Source: Octopus bimaculoides
Taxonomy: Eukaryota
Assembly (NCBI RefSeq): GCF_001194135.2
Contig: NC_068981.1
Location: 143,508,621-143,572,620 of the forward strand
DNA: 64,000 nt
Reading direction: 5' to 3'
Shown: positions 11,778-24,609 of the stretch, one piece after another
Layout of the letters: every line of letters begins with the position of its first letter
How positions within the stretch are numbered: the stretch's first letter is position 1
Notes under the pieces: generated by a model
What the model was told of the DNA's origin: nothing
The model's database searches: none
What the model saw: the letters and a program-made list of their open reading frames with translations, nothing else
Translations under genes and position numbers: made by a program

Positions 11778-14700
11778 CATTAGTGCGTCGGACAAAATCT
11801 CTGTATGTTCTGAATTCAAACGTTTCTGAAATGAATTTTGCGTTTCAGGCATTATTACTCGATAAAATATATCACCAGTTAGTTACTGAGATCAAAATTA
11901 ATCCATCATGCCCTTTTTTGTTAGGGATGAAATTACGTCTGTGTTAACAATCAATATTTCTAGTTATTTCTCACATTTGCTGCTTATATATATAGTTAAG
12001 TACGTGGAAATAGAATGCATAAGATACACCATCCCGTTCTGATGATTTTCGGCGAAAGCAACAGCTCAGTGATATGACGGTGTTACAGTCGTGATCAATT
12101 TTTTTTAAGCAGGTTGTCGCCCTGCTCGAGAGTCTCACGAAAATATCGAATGTAAGCGTCACAGTTCACTGATACCTGTTCACTGTTCATTCAGAAAAGT
12201 ACAGTTAGGTGTTGTTGGAAAACAATATACATTTGCTTGGAATCTGAGAGTACGTGACACCTACGCTCTCATAGAGCTAATTGTGACTTGTCACAATTGC
12301 CTTTATGACAAATTATGCGATCTCAGTTCCACTCTACCGCATAGGACCATTGGAAGACTTTCGTGTCTTCATGTTTCAGGTTACGTTCTCAAGCTGACAC
12401 AATTCTCCTTTCGTGATTCGCGTTGCTTTAAGCGCCTCCTTTGCGATGTCTTTACTAAGCAATTAACTAGTTCTTCTTCTACATTGATTTTACAGCTATC
12501 ATTCAAACAAAGCTGTTGGATGTTTCTCTAATATTCTCCTTATAGAGATGCACCACAGTAACAATGGTTTATTTTAAGAACACCATGATATATCACTCAC
12601 TTATCAGTGTTTTGTACATGCCAGTTGATCGAAATGATGGCGGGAATGAAGCCAGAATACGAAATTTTATTTATTCTTGTTAAAAATTATATTTTGAACG
12701 GATTCTACCAACAAAGAATTTGAATTGTATTGAAATGATAGCTCACCTGTATCAGTTATTCCCTGAAAATGTTTGATGGTGCCAGCAATCTGATTCAATC
12801 GATAGCACATTTAATGTTAATGCAGTGGAAATGTTTTACGGAGGTAGAAAATATTTGGGAAGCGGTGTAATATAGAGGAGAAATAGCTACTGAGGATTAT
12901 TTTAGATATTTTCCCATTGAAACGGTATGTTATTCTGGGAGAATTATGCAAAAATACAGGACAACAGTCTTATATAAATATCATTTATGGACTATCTGAA
13001 GCATTCTGCAACATATTTACAAAAAACGGAAAGCAGAAATTAAAACTCTGGTTCATCTTGTACGTCTTTGTTGTGAATATACATGAATGATATTCGACAT
13101 TTCAAAGTGTTGTTAACGTTAAACCAGATGCGGTAATCTTTTGAATATATTTGGAATAAATATTAGGAATATATTAGTAATACATGATGTTGAAAGGGAT
13201 GCGTCTAAATCCCTTGGAATCCTAATGTCACATCAGGAATTATCAGACATGAAAAGCAAAATAGAGGCTATGTGCATAGAAAGCCTAAACCTAAATATCA
13301 GCAACCACCTTATTGATTCAGTTAATCGTTGCTAGGTCACTGTTGTTCAATATGATATAGTAATTGTTTATTGAACCAAAATGAAAGAGGTTTGTTACAC
13401 AAGTCTGCAGGAAAGATTATGACACAATATGACAGCTTTCATCCACGATCCGATATGATAGTTTTTATTTATTTATTTTTTGCATGCGTTTCTGTTTAAT
13501 ACTAAGGTGGAAAGGAGATTATTAATAAGCATTGTGGAAAGAGAAGCAAAGAGAAAGAAGGAAGTCAGTTTTATATTTTGTTTTGCAAACAGAGGAAATA
13601 AACGTAGCCTAACTAAGGTAGCGCAAGTTGCCAACTTAGATAAGAATAATATTGAAAAATAAGGCACAATACAGAGTTCGATTAGAATAAAATAACTCGG
13701 GCGTAAGAGAATATACGTCATGTATGGATAGTTTGCGAACCACACAAAAGAGTGTAACACGAACGAATTCTGTGCAAAAGAGATTTAAAGAAAGCAAACA
13801 GAAGCCTTAGAGTAGATAACCAAGATCAAGTATTCAATGCAAAATCTGTTAGAAATGATATCTGCCACCTTTGTAGAGAGAAAACTGAGAAGTGGCAGAC
13901 TTGTGAATAGCTGCAAACTAAAATGTATTATAAACTATCACGATTGAAGATTGTATTAAGAATTCTGATTGCAAGTCAATGCCGAAAGTATAAATTTCAA
14001 GTCTTTAGAAAGTGTTAGAGACATTTAATTGAAAACCTTCTGTTAACAAAAAATACTATGAAACGCACACACACTATCAAATCTTCCCAAACATACGACA
14101 CACGCGCCCTCACACGGGCACAGATATAATTCTTTGTTGGTACTCATACATATACATACACGCAAACCATAAAATTTTCTCTTGTTTGATATATTTATTA
14201 ACGATTTTTATTTTATTTCGTGTAAATATCTTCCTCTTTGTGAACAAATACACTAGGGATTATATATAATAGAGAAAAAAGAAAGAATTAGAAAAAATAA
14301 TTAACAAGAAACGCGGACGAAATGAAAATTTCAGAAGAAATTTAAAATAAATTAAAAGTAACATTTTAATGTACAAAAGTCTTTATTCGACATTAAAAAC
14401 ATTCTGTGAATTTAAGTGAAATTCTATCTGTTATTTGTGAATACCTACAACTTTAATGTAACCAAGTAACCAGACAGTGAAACAATAAATAATTTGTTAG
14501 GCTCAATCAATAAATCGATATAGGTTGATATAATGAGAAACTTCTCATGCAAGCATAAACGTTTCTTGCCATCTTCTTTACAATAAGGACCAATACAGTA
14601 AAGGAAAGGTTTACTAATTTGCTGTTTGCTAAGGAGTGTCCTTGTTGTATGGGGATATAATATAAAACTTCCTCGCCATTGCTGATTCATTAATTTGCTT

Positions 14701-14861
14701 GACTAAATTAGTTGCCCTCAACAATCACATCTGGAAAAACGACTTTTTTGATTTTGTTGTACATCCTAACACCCCGCCACACGAACAACCATACGTAAAC
14801 ATATACAAGCAGAGATACACATACTTGCATGCATTCAGACATTTATAGAAACAGACAGATG

Positions 14862-14914
<53 letters not shown>

Positions 14915-14917
14915 ATG

Positions 14918-14977
<60 letters not shown>

Positions 14978-16093
14978 TGATAAAATTTATATGTGTTTCT
15001 AGTGTAGTATGTGGTAACCATAACATGGTATTATGGCGAGATAGACTCGGCTCAGTTAATATGCAACATGTGGTCAATGTTTGCAAGGAAAAGCATAAAC
15101 CAGGACGGAGTTCTAGATGATTATCATTATGTTTGCTTTTATTAATAATATTCTTGTTCTTGCTATTTACGTCTATAACATCACTTATCGAGTAAACCCA
15201 TAGCCTACGTTATAAAATATATCACTTAAAGTTTAAGAAAACAGTGCAATTTGGTGAAAATATGACTACCTTTTCTGTACTTTAACGACGCATAACAAAC
15301 CACCATGCGCATCGGTAGTTTTAATTCTAGTTCCAAATCACTAAGCAAGATGTTTAGTGGAGGCCCAGTGATAGACAGTGAGGGAGTAACCATTTCACTG
15401 TCTAGTTAAATATCAGTCACTGAAAATTCTCTAGTCATTTCCTAATTCATAGAATTATTACATTATAGGTAGTGGCCAGGAGACGCGCTGCAAGCAGGGC
15501 CCATTGTTTTAGTATTAATTAAAGCACAGATGAGTTATCATGTACGTTTCGTGATGTCTGGACTATAAAAGCTTTCTGATACAATCCTTGTATACCTCCC
15601 ACACTCTGTTAGTTAACTGATAAAAAATAACTTTATTTATATAGCCTGTACCGATATATATTATGAGGTAGAATAGAGTGTTTTCATAATAAACCGTCTT
15701 AAAGATGTTCGCAATACAACTACTCCACATATTTACTCTTACTAGATCCAAAATAGAAGACTGTGCTTATAGCTTCCCAGGTCCCTTGCACCGATGAAAC
15801 TGATGTCATGAATGTTTCTCTTGCACTATTAAGTCAACAACTGCGGTGACATATAAGCAAGGAAGACATTCAAGGCAGCCAGCATTCTTGGAAGAAATGC
15901 ATAGGCGTAGTGACACATGGTAAGTGTGGTTAAACACATCAAGAAGGAGGAGAGGAGGAGAAACGAATGTGACAAAAATTTCTGATCGGTGGTGGCTAGA
16001 GATCAACCTACTTCAAAGAAGGAGTGCCATCTATTAGTAGTAGAAAGATGAGACAATAAAATTGTGAGCCAGAGAATGGATCATATCTCTATA

Positions 16094-16955
16094 CGAGGTA
16101 TGATCAATAAGTATCCGGACTGTTGCCATAGTAATGAATCTAAAGCACGCAGAGATAAAGCCGCTTGGAAAAAAGATTGACAGTAAACTTTATTGTGCAT
16201 GCGCATTATGTTTCAGCGTCGTAGCTTACTTCTGCTGTTTACAGCAGTGATTGGAAGGAACGTGTGTAGCGAGTGCTTTTCACATTGTCAACGACAGAGA
16301 GAGTTGTTATGGCGGTATCTTCTCAGAGGCCAATGCAAAGTTGCAGAATGCGTATGGAGAGGAGTGTATGCGCCGCACACAAGTGTACGAGTGTTTCAGG
16401 CATTTCTAATATGACCGAAAAAAATCGATAGGGACGAACTTCAGAGAGACCGGCAACCAGCAGAACAGAGAAAACATCGCAGGTGTATGTGCAGCCGTGA
16501 GGGAAAGTCATCGAATCCTTGAGATTAGTTATGATTTAGCTCAGTCCATTATCACAGAAGATTTGGATATGAGACGCACGTCCGCCACGTTTGTGCCAAA
16601 ATTGCTTCCAGCTGACCAAAGAGTGACTCGGATTTCAGTTGCACAAGATCTCCTTCACTGTGTCGAGAACGATGAAAACTTATTGAAAACTTTGCGCAGA
16701 GCATGTATCGCCAAGCTTTTGGCAAAATTTTACTCGGATTCTCTGCTTGAATTTCTGTCATAGTCAATGCGAGAATCACACGCTACACATCTTCATTTTA
16801 AGCACTGCCGTAAATACCGAAAGTGAGCTAGAATGTTAAACCTTAGTGCGTATGCACAGCATTGTTCAAGGTCAATCTATGCCAAGCGGCTTTACTCTGC
16901 ATGCGTTAACGTCGTTACTATGGCAACAGTCCGGATACTTATTGATCAGACCACA
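16094..16955 (+). mobile_element. Internally deleted mariner transposon
   Basis: About 75-bp terminal inverted repeats (TIRs) with a 34-nt identical core TGATCAATAAGTATCCGGACTGTTGCCATAGTAA; TA at both flanks; N-terminal transposase LQNAYGEECMRRTQVYECF and SIITEDLDMRRTSATFVPKLL (WVPHEL-type motif); no DDD domain. Confidence 0.9.
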
Positions 16956-17467
16956 TATATGTTCAAATATATGCCGTATATATAAATTACAATCATCGAA
17001 TTTGTTTTATAGATTAGAAGACTATCGGAGTATGGTAATATAATAGACAATGCGAGATACACATAAGTGTTGATAATATGATGGTGATAGATCCCGTGAT
17101 AAGGCTAAGTATCGGCTCCGTAAGACACATAGAATCAATACACATGCTTCATGAGATTTTATTCTGGTACTGAGGATTTTCTTATCTCTATACATTCGTT
17201 ATCATAGTGTCACCTAAATAATTTGTATAATATATGTGTACAAAATAGCGATTGCCGTGGCTTCCACTTAGCTAATGAAACAACAATGACTTGGCTATCA
17301 TCATCATTCTAATTAGCATAATAAATATGTTAAATAGATAGCAGGCAATACCTATGTTGGCCAAGTACAATTTCTTACACCAGAGTTATTCTTTGTATAT
17401 ATCACGTTAAAGTTGAATTCCCACGGAAAATACGACTTATTTCCCTTTACTATAAAATCACAATAAT

Positions 17468-17681
17468 CCTTTCTACTATATATACAAGGCCTGAAATTGT
17501 AGGGGATGGGCTAGTCATATATATCGACCTTAGTACGCCACTGGTACTTATTTTATCGCCCTCGAAAGAGATGAAAGGTAAAGCCGACCACGGTGGAATG
17601 TGAACTCAGAACGCAAAGACGGGCGAAATGCCACTAAGTACTTTTACCGGCGTGCTGACGATTCTGCTATCTTGCCACCTT
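17468..17681 (-). mobile_element. tRNA-derived SINE, family B
   Basis: Reverse complement begins AAGGTGGCAAGATAGCAGAATCGTCAGCACGCCGG and has GAGTTCACATTCC and CTTTACCTTTCATC; matches the copy at 36803. Confidence 0.85.
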
Positions 17682-18351
17682 CGTTTAAAATCACAATAAT
17701 AAATAGCTAAACGTGTGATGTGACGGAAAATGTCGCTGTTGCTTCTACAAATCCATGGCATCCTAAACCAAGCAAATGCCACAATTACTAGCAACCAGCA
17801 CCAACAAGCACTCTAAGACCAACAAAACAACCACCATTTCTGTACTACCAGCAAAGAAACAAACGTCACCACTGCCATCATCACACCACTGATAAAAATA
17901 GACAATCCATACAAAATGCCTTATTATTTACATGTGGTAATTTTCGAGCACAATATTTACATTCAGTTTTCGTTGACTTGTGCATGCATTAAATAATCAC
18001 AATAATAATGGACATTTTATTTCTAAAAATATAAATTTTATTTTAATCATCATGAATTATTCAACTTCCCAATGAAATAACCAGAAATATAAGGATACAT
18101 GTATGTGGTATTATAAAACTATTGCAGTTCATATTTTCTGTAATTTGAATGTCAGGTAATTTATTTATGCTTTTCAGGTATTTGAAAGAGCAGCATACAA
18201 TAAAAATAACATAAATCAATATGAATTCATTTTCACTAATTTCATAGAAATTTCAGCAGCGGCTAATAGTAAATGCTAGAAGCGGTGAGAATGGCTAAAG
18301 TAAATTCACATAGTTAATGTTCCCTTATAATCTTACACATTTACACTATAT

Positions 18352-18510
18352 ATGTGTGTACATTATTTACATTATTTACATTTGACGGATATTTGTCCCC
18401 ATCTTGTTTGTTATTAACACAACGTTTCGGCTGATATACCCTCCAGCTTTCAACAGGTGTCTTGGGGAAATGTTGAACCTGGGTTCTCATTCCTAAGATA
18501 TTTTTCGATG
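18352..18510 (-). mobile_element. Penelope-like element terminal repeat (pseudo-LTR) next to an (AAT)n tract
   Basis: Homologous to 19578-19745 in opposite orientation; contains a hammerhead motif. Confidence 0.7.
18416..18461 (-). ncRNA. Minimal type I hammerhead ribozyme motif, core mutated
   Basis: Reverse complement GACAC-CUGUUGA-AAGCUG-GAGGGUAUAU-CAGCC-GAAA-CGUU-GUGUU: stem I GACAC/GUGUU, stem II GCUG/CAGC, palindromic AACGUU stem III; A6 is replaced by U. Confidence 0.65.
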
Positions 18511-18549
18511 TTGTGGTTGTTGTTGTTGTTGTTATTATTATTATTATCA

Positions 18550-18604
<55 letters not shown>

Positions 18605-19428
18605 NNNNNNNNNNNNNNNNNNNNNNNNNNNNNNNNNNNNNNNNNNNNNNNNNNNNNNNNNNNNNNNNNNNNNNNNNNNNNNNNNNNNNNNNNNNNNNNN
18701 NNNNNNNNNNNNNNNNNNNNNNNNNNNNNNNNNNNNNNNNNNNNNNNNNNNNNNNNNNNNNNNNNNNNNNNNNNNNNNNNNNNNNNNNNNNNNNNNNNNN
18801 NNNNNNNNNNNNNNNNNNNNNNNNNNNNNNNNNNNNNNNNNNNNNNNNNNNNNNNNNNNNNNNNNNNNNNNNNNNNNNNNNNNNNNNNNNNNNNNNNNNN
18901 NNNNNNNNNNNNNNNNNNNNNNNNNNNNNNNNNNNNNNNNNNNNNNNNNNNNNNNNNNNNNNNNNNNNNNNNNNNNNNNNNNNNNNNNNNNNNNNNNNNN
19001 NNNNNNNNNNNNNNNNNNNNNNNNNNNNNNNNNNNNNNNNNNNNNNNNNNNNNNNNNNNNNNNNNNNNNNNNNNNNNNNNNNNNNNNNNNNNNNNNNNNN
19101 NNNNNNNNNNNNNNNNNNNNNNNNNNNNNNNNNNNNNNNNNNNNNNNNNNNNNNNNNNNNNNNNNNNNNNNNNNNNNNNNNNNNNNNNNNNNNNNNNNNN
19201 NNNNNNNNNNNNNNNNNNNNNNNNNNNNNNNNNNNNNNNNNNNNNNNNNNNNNNNNNNNNNNNNNNNNNNNNNNNNNNNNNNNNNNNNNNNNNNNNNNNN
19301 NNNNNNNNNNNNNNNNNNNNNNNNNNNNNNNNNNNNNNNNNNNNNNNNNNNNNNNNNNNNNNNNNNNNNNNNNNNNNNNNNNNNNNNNNNNNNNNNNNNN
19401 NNNNNNNNNNNNNNNNNNCTCTCACTCA

Positions 19429-19506
<78 letters not shown>

Positions 19507-19577
19507 TAATAATAATAATAATGATGATGATGATAATAATAACAATAACAGCAACAACAACAACAACAACAACAACA
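18510..19577. repeat. Compound trinucleotide microsatellites: (GTT)(ATT)n left of the gap, (AAT)(GAT)(AAC)n right of it
   Basis: Read directly. Confidence 0.95.
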
Positions 19578-19745
19578 CCGAAAATTGCCTGAGGAATGAG
19601 AACTTAGGTTTGAAATTTCCCCAAGAGACCTTATAATAGCCGGTGGGTATATCAGCCGAAACGTTGTTAACAGCAAAATATATGAAGACAAATATCCGTC
19701 AAATGTAAATAATGTACATAATTCCTCATCTCTTAAATATAGAAT
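19578..19745 (+). mobile_element. Penelope-like element terminal repeat, second copy, hammerhead relic at 19625-19668
   Basis: GAGGAATGAGAAC..TTTCCCCAAGAGAC..GGGTATATCAGCCGAAACGTTG..ACAAATATCCGTCAAATGTAAATAATGTA matches the 18352-18510 copy. Confidence 0.7.
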
Positions 19746-19813
19746 TATGTGTGTGTGTATGTGCATGCATGTATATGACGTGTGCGTGTATGTATGTATG
19801 TATGCGTTCATAT

Positions 19814-20268
19814 AGGCGCAGAAGTGACGGTGTGGTAAGTAGCTTGCTTACCTACCACATGGTTCCGGATTCAGTCCCACTGCGTGACACCTTGGGCAAG
19901 TGTCTCCTACTGTAGCCTCGTGACGACCAAAGCCTTGTGAGTCGATTAGACGGAAACTAAAAGACGGAAGATGGAATATACGAGAATTTGTTATTAATCA
20001 CAACAATTCGTTTTATTATCCATTATATGCACATGTATGTATATGTATATGTTTGAGTGTCTATGTTTGTCCAACCACTATCGCTTGACAACCGATGTTT
20101 GTGTGTTTATTTCTTTGTAACTTAGCGGTTCGGCTAAGCCTGATAGTTTAAGTACTAGGCTTACAAAGAATAAATCCTGGGGTCGAATTGTTCGATTAAA
20201 GGTGGTGCCCCAACATAATCGCAGTCAAATGACTGCAACAAATAAAGGAATAAATGAATAAAAGAATA
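19814..20268 (+). mobile_element. SINE family A
   Basis: GGCGCAGAAGTGACGGTGTGGTAAGTAGC head, B-box GGTTCCGGATTCAGTCCC, CCTTGGGCAAGTG core, AAAGAAT tail. Confidence 0.9.
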
Positions 20269-20289
20269 CACACGCACACACGCCACATA

Positions 20290-20380
20290 GTGATGGACGC
20301 TCAATCGCTAGAGATAGCTATTCTGTATATCGGTGGCGAGGACGAATCACTGCTATCTCTAGATGTAGAGCGTCCATCAC
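20290..20380. repeat. 91-bp hairpin or miniature inverted-repeat element with 29-bp arms
   Basis: GTGATGGACGCTCAATCGCTAGAGATAGC ... GCTATCTCTAGATGTAGAGCGTCCATCAC. Confidence 0.7.
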
Positions 20381-21652
20381 AGACAAGAGCAAGGAAGATC
20401 AAAATCTCTTGATCTGATGGTCTCAACGCTCGAAGTAGCGGGAGTTTGCCTCCCCGCTAGTGATATAAACAAGAATGCACTTTGCACCAGAAGCCAGTCT
20501 GAGAGTTTCTCTCACGGTAACTACTGTAGTGTAATTTGTTCTAACAGAGCATCTACGCTTAAGTGGGAATAAATATTACCTCAAGAGCAATAATACAGCT
20601 TTAGGTTTAACCAAATTATAATTAAAAAAATATAATGTCAGTTGCTATAGTAGCAACTACAATTACTATGATTATCATCACCCCGGAAACCAAAGCAGGC
20701 ATTTCCATCTGTTCTCTCTCACACATACACACACACACACTCTCTCTCTCTTTCTCTCTCTTTCTCTCTCTCTCTCTCACTCACTCCACCCTTTTCCATT
20801 TATCATTACCTTCGCTGATGTAGTTACCATGACTACCAGAGTTGTTCATATTGAGATATTTTATTGAATGTGACCGAAATATTACATTAAATCATACAAC
20901 ATTAATATTATGATATTTCAAATTTACGAATAAATGGTTTAATTTATTGAGCGTATTGTAACGTCTTGGAATTAAGCTAAAGTATAACAGTCATGTTCAG
21001 ACTCAAAGTGACTTAATCAAATTAATTTAATCTTTGATTGCACTAAATGAACGTTTCAATGTCACACTCACAACTAACAAAATAGAAGTCCAACTATAAA
21101 TCCGGTGAATTATAGATAATAGAAATAATTAGTCGGTCAAATATTCTATACACACACTTCCAGCCTTCTCATATACATTGGAAGAGCGACTAGAAATCAA
21201 GTAGTCAGGTTAGATTTCCTGTATATCAGAATAATATGTATAGACAGATCAAGTATTTGCAGCACCGAACTGGGTGGGACGATAGATCACGGTATAGACG
21301 ACATTATGGTATTTGGTTCGGCTGCTTTCTGCTGAGATGTCAACTTCACTTTCAATCTTTCTGGTTTGATAAAGTACCCCTCCTGTTCAAGAAATTAGTT
21401 TGATATTTTTCTTTCTCTCTCCTATTCTGTCTGTCCTTCTGACTCTCTATCTGTATCACTTTATCTCTCTCTTTCTCCTTCCCTCTCTCTCTTCCCTAGC
21501 AGAAACTGGTTGTGACCAGACTCTAAGAAAACTGGTATCAGTTAGGATTACAAACGCGCAAGATATATTGTCATGATAACGCAATCCACAATGATATACG
21601 GGGCCAAAGCGAGGCATATAATGTAGCGGTAAGCATAGCTCTGCTCTCCCTC

Positions 21653-21689
<37 letters not shown>

Positions 21690-21698
21690 TTCTTTCTT

Positions 21699-21729
<31 letters not shown>

Positions 21730-21883
21730 CTCTCTCTCTCTCTCTTTCTCTCTCTGTATGTATGTATATACACACGCGCGCACGCACACACACACACACA
21801 CACACGTATATGTATATATATATAGATAGAGAGAGAGACAGAGACAGACAGACAGGCAGACAGACAGGCAGACAGACAGACAG

Positions 21884-22150
21884 AGGTGCATGGCTTAGTG
21901 CCTAGGCTGTTGCACTCACTATCGCTAAATCGTGGGTTCAATTGCCAGATTCGGTGGCGCGTTGTAATCTTGAGCGAAACACTTCATTTCACGTTGCTCC
22001 AGCCCCTCTTTCGATCAAAGATGGGGAATGTTGACCTGCTCGCCTAGCCATCGGAGTGACGTCATTCGAAAGCTAAAACGATGCAAAGCGCATTGCAACC
22101 AGCAATGCGTAATAACATCTGCTTATCTGATCAGTTATGTGGTAACGTGA
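21884..22150 (+). mobile_element. tRNA-derived SINE, family C-like
   Basis: GGTGCATGGCTTAGTG A-box, GGGTTCAATT B-box, CTTGAGCGAAACACTTCATTTCACGTTGCTCCAG core shared with the 47183 copy. Confidence 0.75.
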
Positions 22151-22164
22151 TATATATATATATA

Positions 22165-22190
22165 TATTATTATTATGATTATTATTATTA

Positions 22191-22262
<72 letters not shown>
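22165..22262. repeat. (TAT)n microsatellite
   Basis: Read directly. Confidence 0.97.
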
Positions 22263-23559
22263 GATTGAACGCCACGCATGCTCTTCCAAGTAAGTTTTAT
22301 CCTAATAATTCTGATGCGCACTCTATACTAACTTTTTACTCTTTCATTTTTCTCTCATTCTCTCTCTTATTATTTTACCTCCTTCTCTCCCACTACTCCA
22401 TCCTATTACTCTATCACTCTCTCTTCTCATTCCTCCCTTGCTCAGGTAGCTCTCATGTGACCATCTGCCATCTTTCTTTCTTCTCCTAACTTGTGATTCT
22501 ATCTTTTCCACCATTGTAGCTGGAACAAAGAAGATGTGTTATTGTCTGTCTCCAGTCCAAACTTGATTTACGCATTCACCATCACAACCTCGTTTAGGCT
22601 TAGCATCCCTTCCTATTTGTTTTCACTGTTCTGTTTGTGTTACCAAATTTCACCCTCCGCAAAATCTAAAATTGTATTTAATTTACTTTGTGGGAGCAAC
22701 TGTTTTATCGAAAACGTATCTTGTTTTTAAATGCTCGAAATACGAGAGTAGAAAAACAATTAACAACTGATGAAGGGTCATTCTTTATGTTGTCTGCTTG
22801 TTTTCCATTTGTGTCTTTCGTCGTTCGAAAACATAGTTAATATTAAATGTACTCGTACTTCGTATTTACTTTTTTGTGCACGTTTCATGACGTCCTGTGT
22901 ATATATATACACGTATAGATGTAAGTATGTACATATACGTATGTATTTATGCATATATATATATATATATATATATANNNNNNNNNNNNNNNNNNNNNNN
23001 NNNNNNNNNNNNNNNNNNNNNNNNNNNNNNNNNNNNNNNNNNNNNNNNNNNNNNNNNNNNNNNNNNNNNNNNNNNNNNNNNNNNNNNNNNNNNNNNNNNN
23101 NNNNNNNNNNNNNNNNNNNNNNNNNNNNNNNNNNNNNNNNNNNNNNNNNGTGTGTGTGTGTGTGTGTGTGTGTAAGCCAAAACACCACATGAGTCAGTAA
23201 ATCTGAATTATCATTAAATATTAGAAAGCCAAGCTGTGGAAGTAAATTTAACGAATATGAACTCATTCTGTTTATGTTTTCGATACGCAGAAAAAAGTAG
23301 CAGAGTTTTCTGACTTACCCAATTGTTTTCTCCTCATTTAAATATTATGTTCCTGTCATGATTTAAACTATTACTTTAGTGCATAGCCTGCTTTATATAT
23401 GTGTTTTTGGTTTGCATATTGGTATTTAACTCACACACACAAATCCATCCATACATACATACATAATAATCACTCACTTCGCGATGACCGCCCATGTGAA
23501 TCCAGAAATTCACATATCTCAACAGAGGCCAACAAGTGAGATATTTTGCGTAGCACAAA

Positions 23560-24145
23560 AAAAATTGTTGAAAAAGATGAGACTATTAATATGTAGGGTA
23601 GCTTTTTGGGTGACTCACACTACTACTTGATGTCGGTATTTCGCAATCCAATGACAAGAATAGCAACGAATATGTAATGAAGAAATGAGAAAGTGAATCC
23701 CTTAAAATACCAAAATGCAAACACAGATGACGTTTATGTCACTCTTCAAGAAATAACATAGAACTTTTAATCAGAAGCCGCCAAAGATGTCATCGAGATA
23801 TTACATCCAACTATAAGATGCTGTTGTTGAAACCATACTCATCGGCATGTGCATAAACAAAAAAGTACACTAGGATTAACTTGAATCACACTTGTACTAA
23901 AACTTTCCAGAAGTTTATCATTTAAATATATATGAGCATATGTATATATGCAATAATATGCATGAGACTACATACATAAAACATACAAAGCTGAACATAC
24001 ATACATACATACATACATACATACATACATACCTACGTGCAAAAATACCCTGTTGTTGATGTTGAGTTTCCAGTGAAGGAGCCTTTGATCTAGGTTAGAA
24101 ACCGGTTCTTTCTCTATTGGCAAGACATCTTGAAATCTTGAAATA
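23560..24145 (+). mobile_element. RLE-type non-LTR retrotransposon 3' fragment, internally deleted, with 3' UTR
   Basis: PKMSSRYYIQL (zinc-knuckle-adjacent), C-terminus KTFQKFII*, then a 3' UTR with internal (CATA)n and CCTGTTGTTGATGTTGAGTTTCCAGTGAAGGAGCCTTTGATCTAGGTTAGAAACCGG, also seen at 25230, 61570 and 63530. Confidence 0.7.
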
Positions 24146-24149
24146 TATA

Positions 24150-24470
24150 TACATATCTTCCAAAAACGTATACACCGTCATAGAGGTCAGCAATTTTACT
24201 GATGTGAATGTCTCTTTGAAGATCAAAGAGAAAACAGATAACTCTGGACAACTACTTCTAAACTTCCAGGTTCAATATCCGGATTATAAGTTCACAATGA
24301 TACCAATAATAATTGGAGCACTTAGTTTTGTAAGTAAATTGCTAGCTGTCAGTCTGGATAAGCATGGGTTTTCAGAAAAAAATATTCAACCCACTGACTT
24401 GGACCTAATAAATACAATCTGTAAGTGGAACAGTAATATTATGTAAGGCTTTTCTCAGGTTTAAAATGTG
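24150..24470 (+). mobile_element. RLE-type non-LTR retrotransposon, endonuclease C-terminal fragment
   Basis: ORF 24117-24446: TVIEVSNFTDVNVSLKIKEKTDNSGQLLLNFQVQYPDYKFTMIPIIIGAL, the E-x-S..K..K..Y..P-I-I-I-G-A-L signature of restriction-like endonuclease LINEs (R2/R4/NeSL/Hero group). Confidence 0.8.
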
Positions 24471-24578
24471 ACATTGCTTTCATTATCTACACTCCAAAAA
24501 TAGAGCTTTGTATCTTCGTTAGAAATTAATCCCTTTTTCAGAGGAATAATTCAAATGATTAAAAACAGAAAAGAAACA

Positions 24579-24609
<31 letters not shown>

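Noticed and set aside
12030-12066. CTGATGA..CGAAAG hammerhead-like spacing; similar partial hits near 8865, 10995, 22767 and 51075
   Set aside because: No valid stem II or stem I pairing, or no GAAA and NUH cleavage triplet
12560-13480. Unique-looking stretch with MFDGASN (hAT-like YDGASN) and ORF 13141-13335
   Set aside because: Only one short motif and many stops; not enough to call a transposase or gene
15372-15404. 10-bp stem hairpin TAGACAGTGA..TCACTGTCTA; other small hairpins at 10-33, 390-408 and 62745-62772
   Set aside because: Short stems like these are expected by chance in 64 kb, and no context supports a function
15830-15925. Open frame ending at a GTAAGT donor (STTAVTYKQGRHSRQPAFLEEMHRRSDT)
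   Set aside because: No convincing acceptor and no recognisable peptide
20436-20461. GC hairpin TAGCGGGAG-TTTGC-CTCCCCGCTAG ending in CTAG, like a Helitron 3' end
   Set aside because: The CTAG overlaps the stem instead of lying about 10 nt downstream, and no 5' TC end or Helitron ORF could be supported
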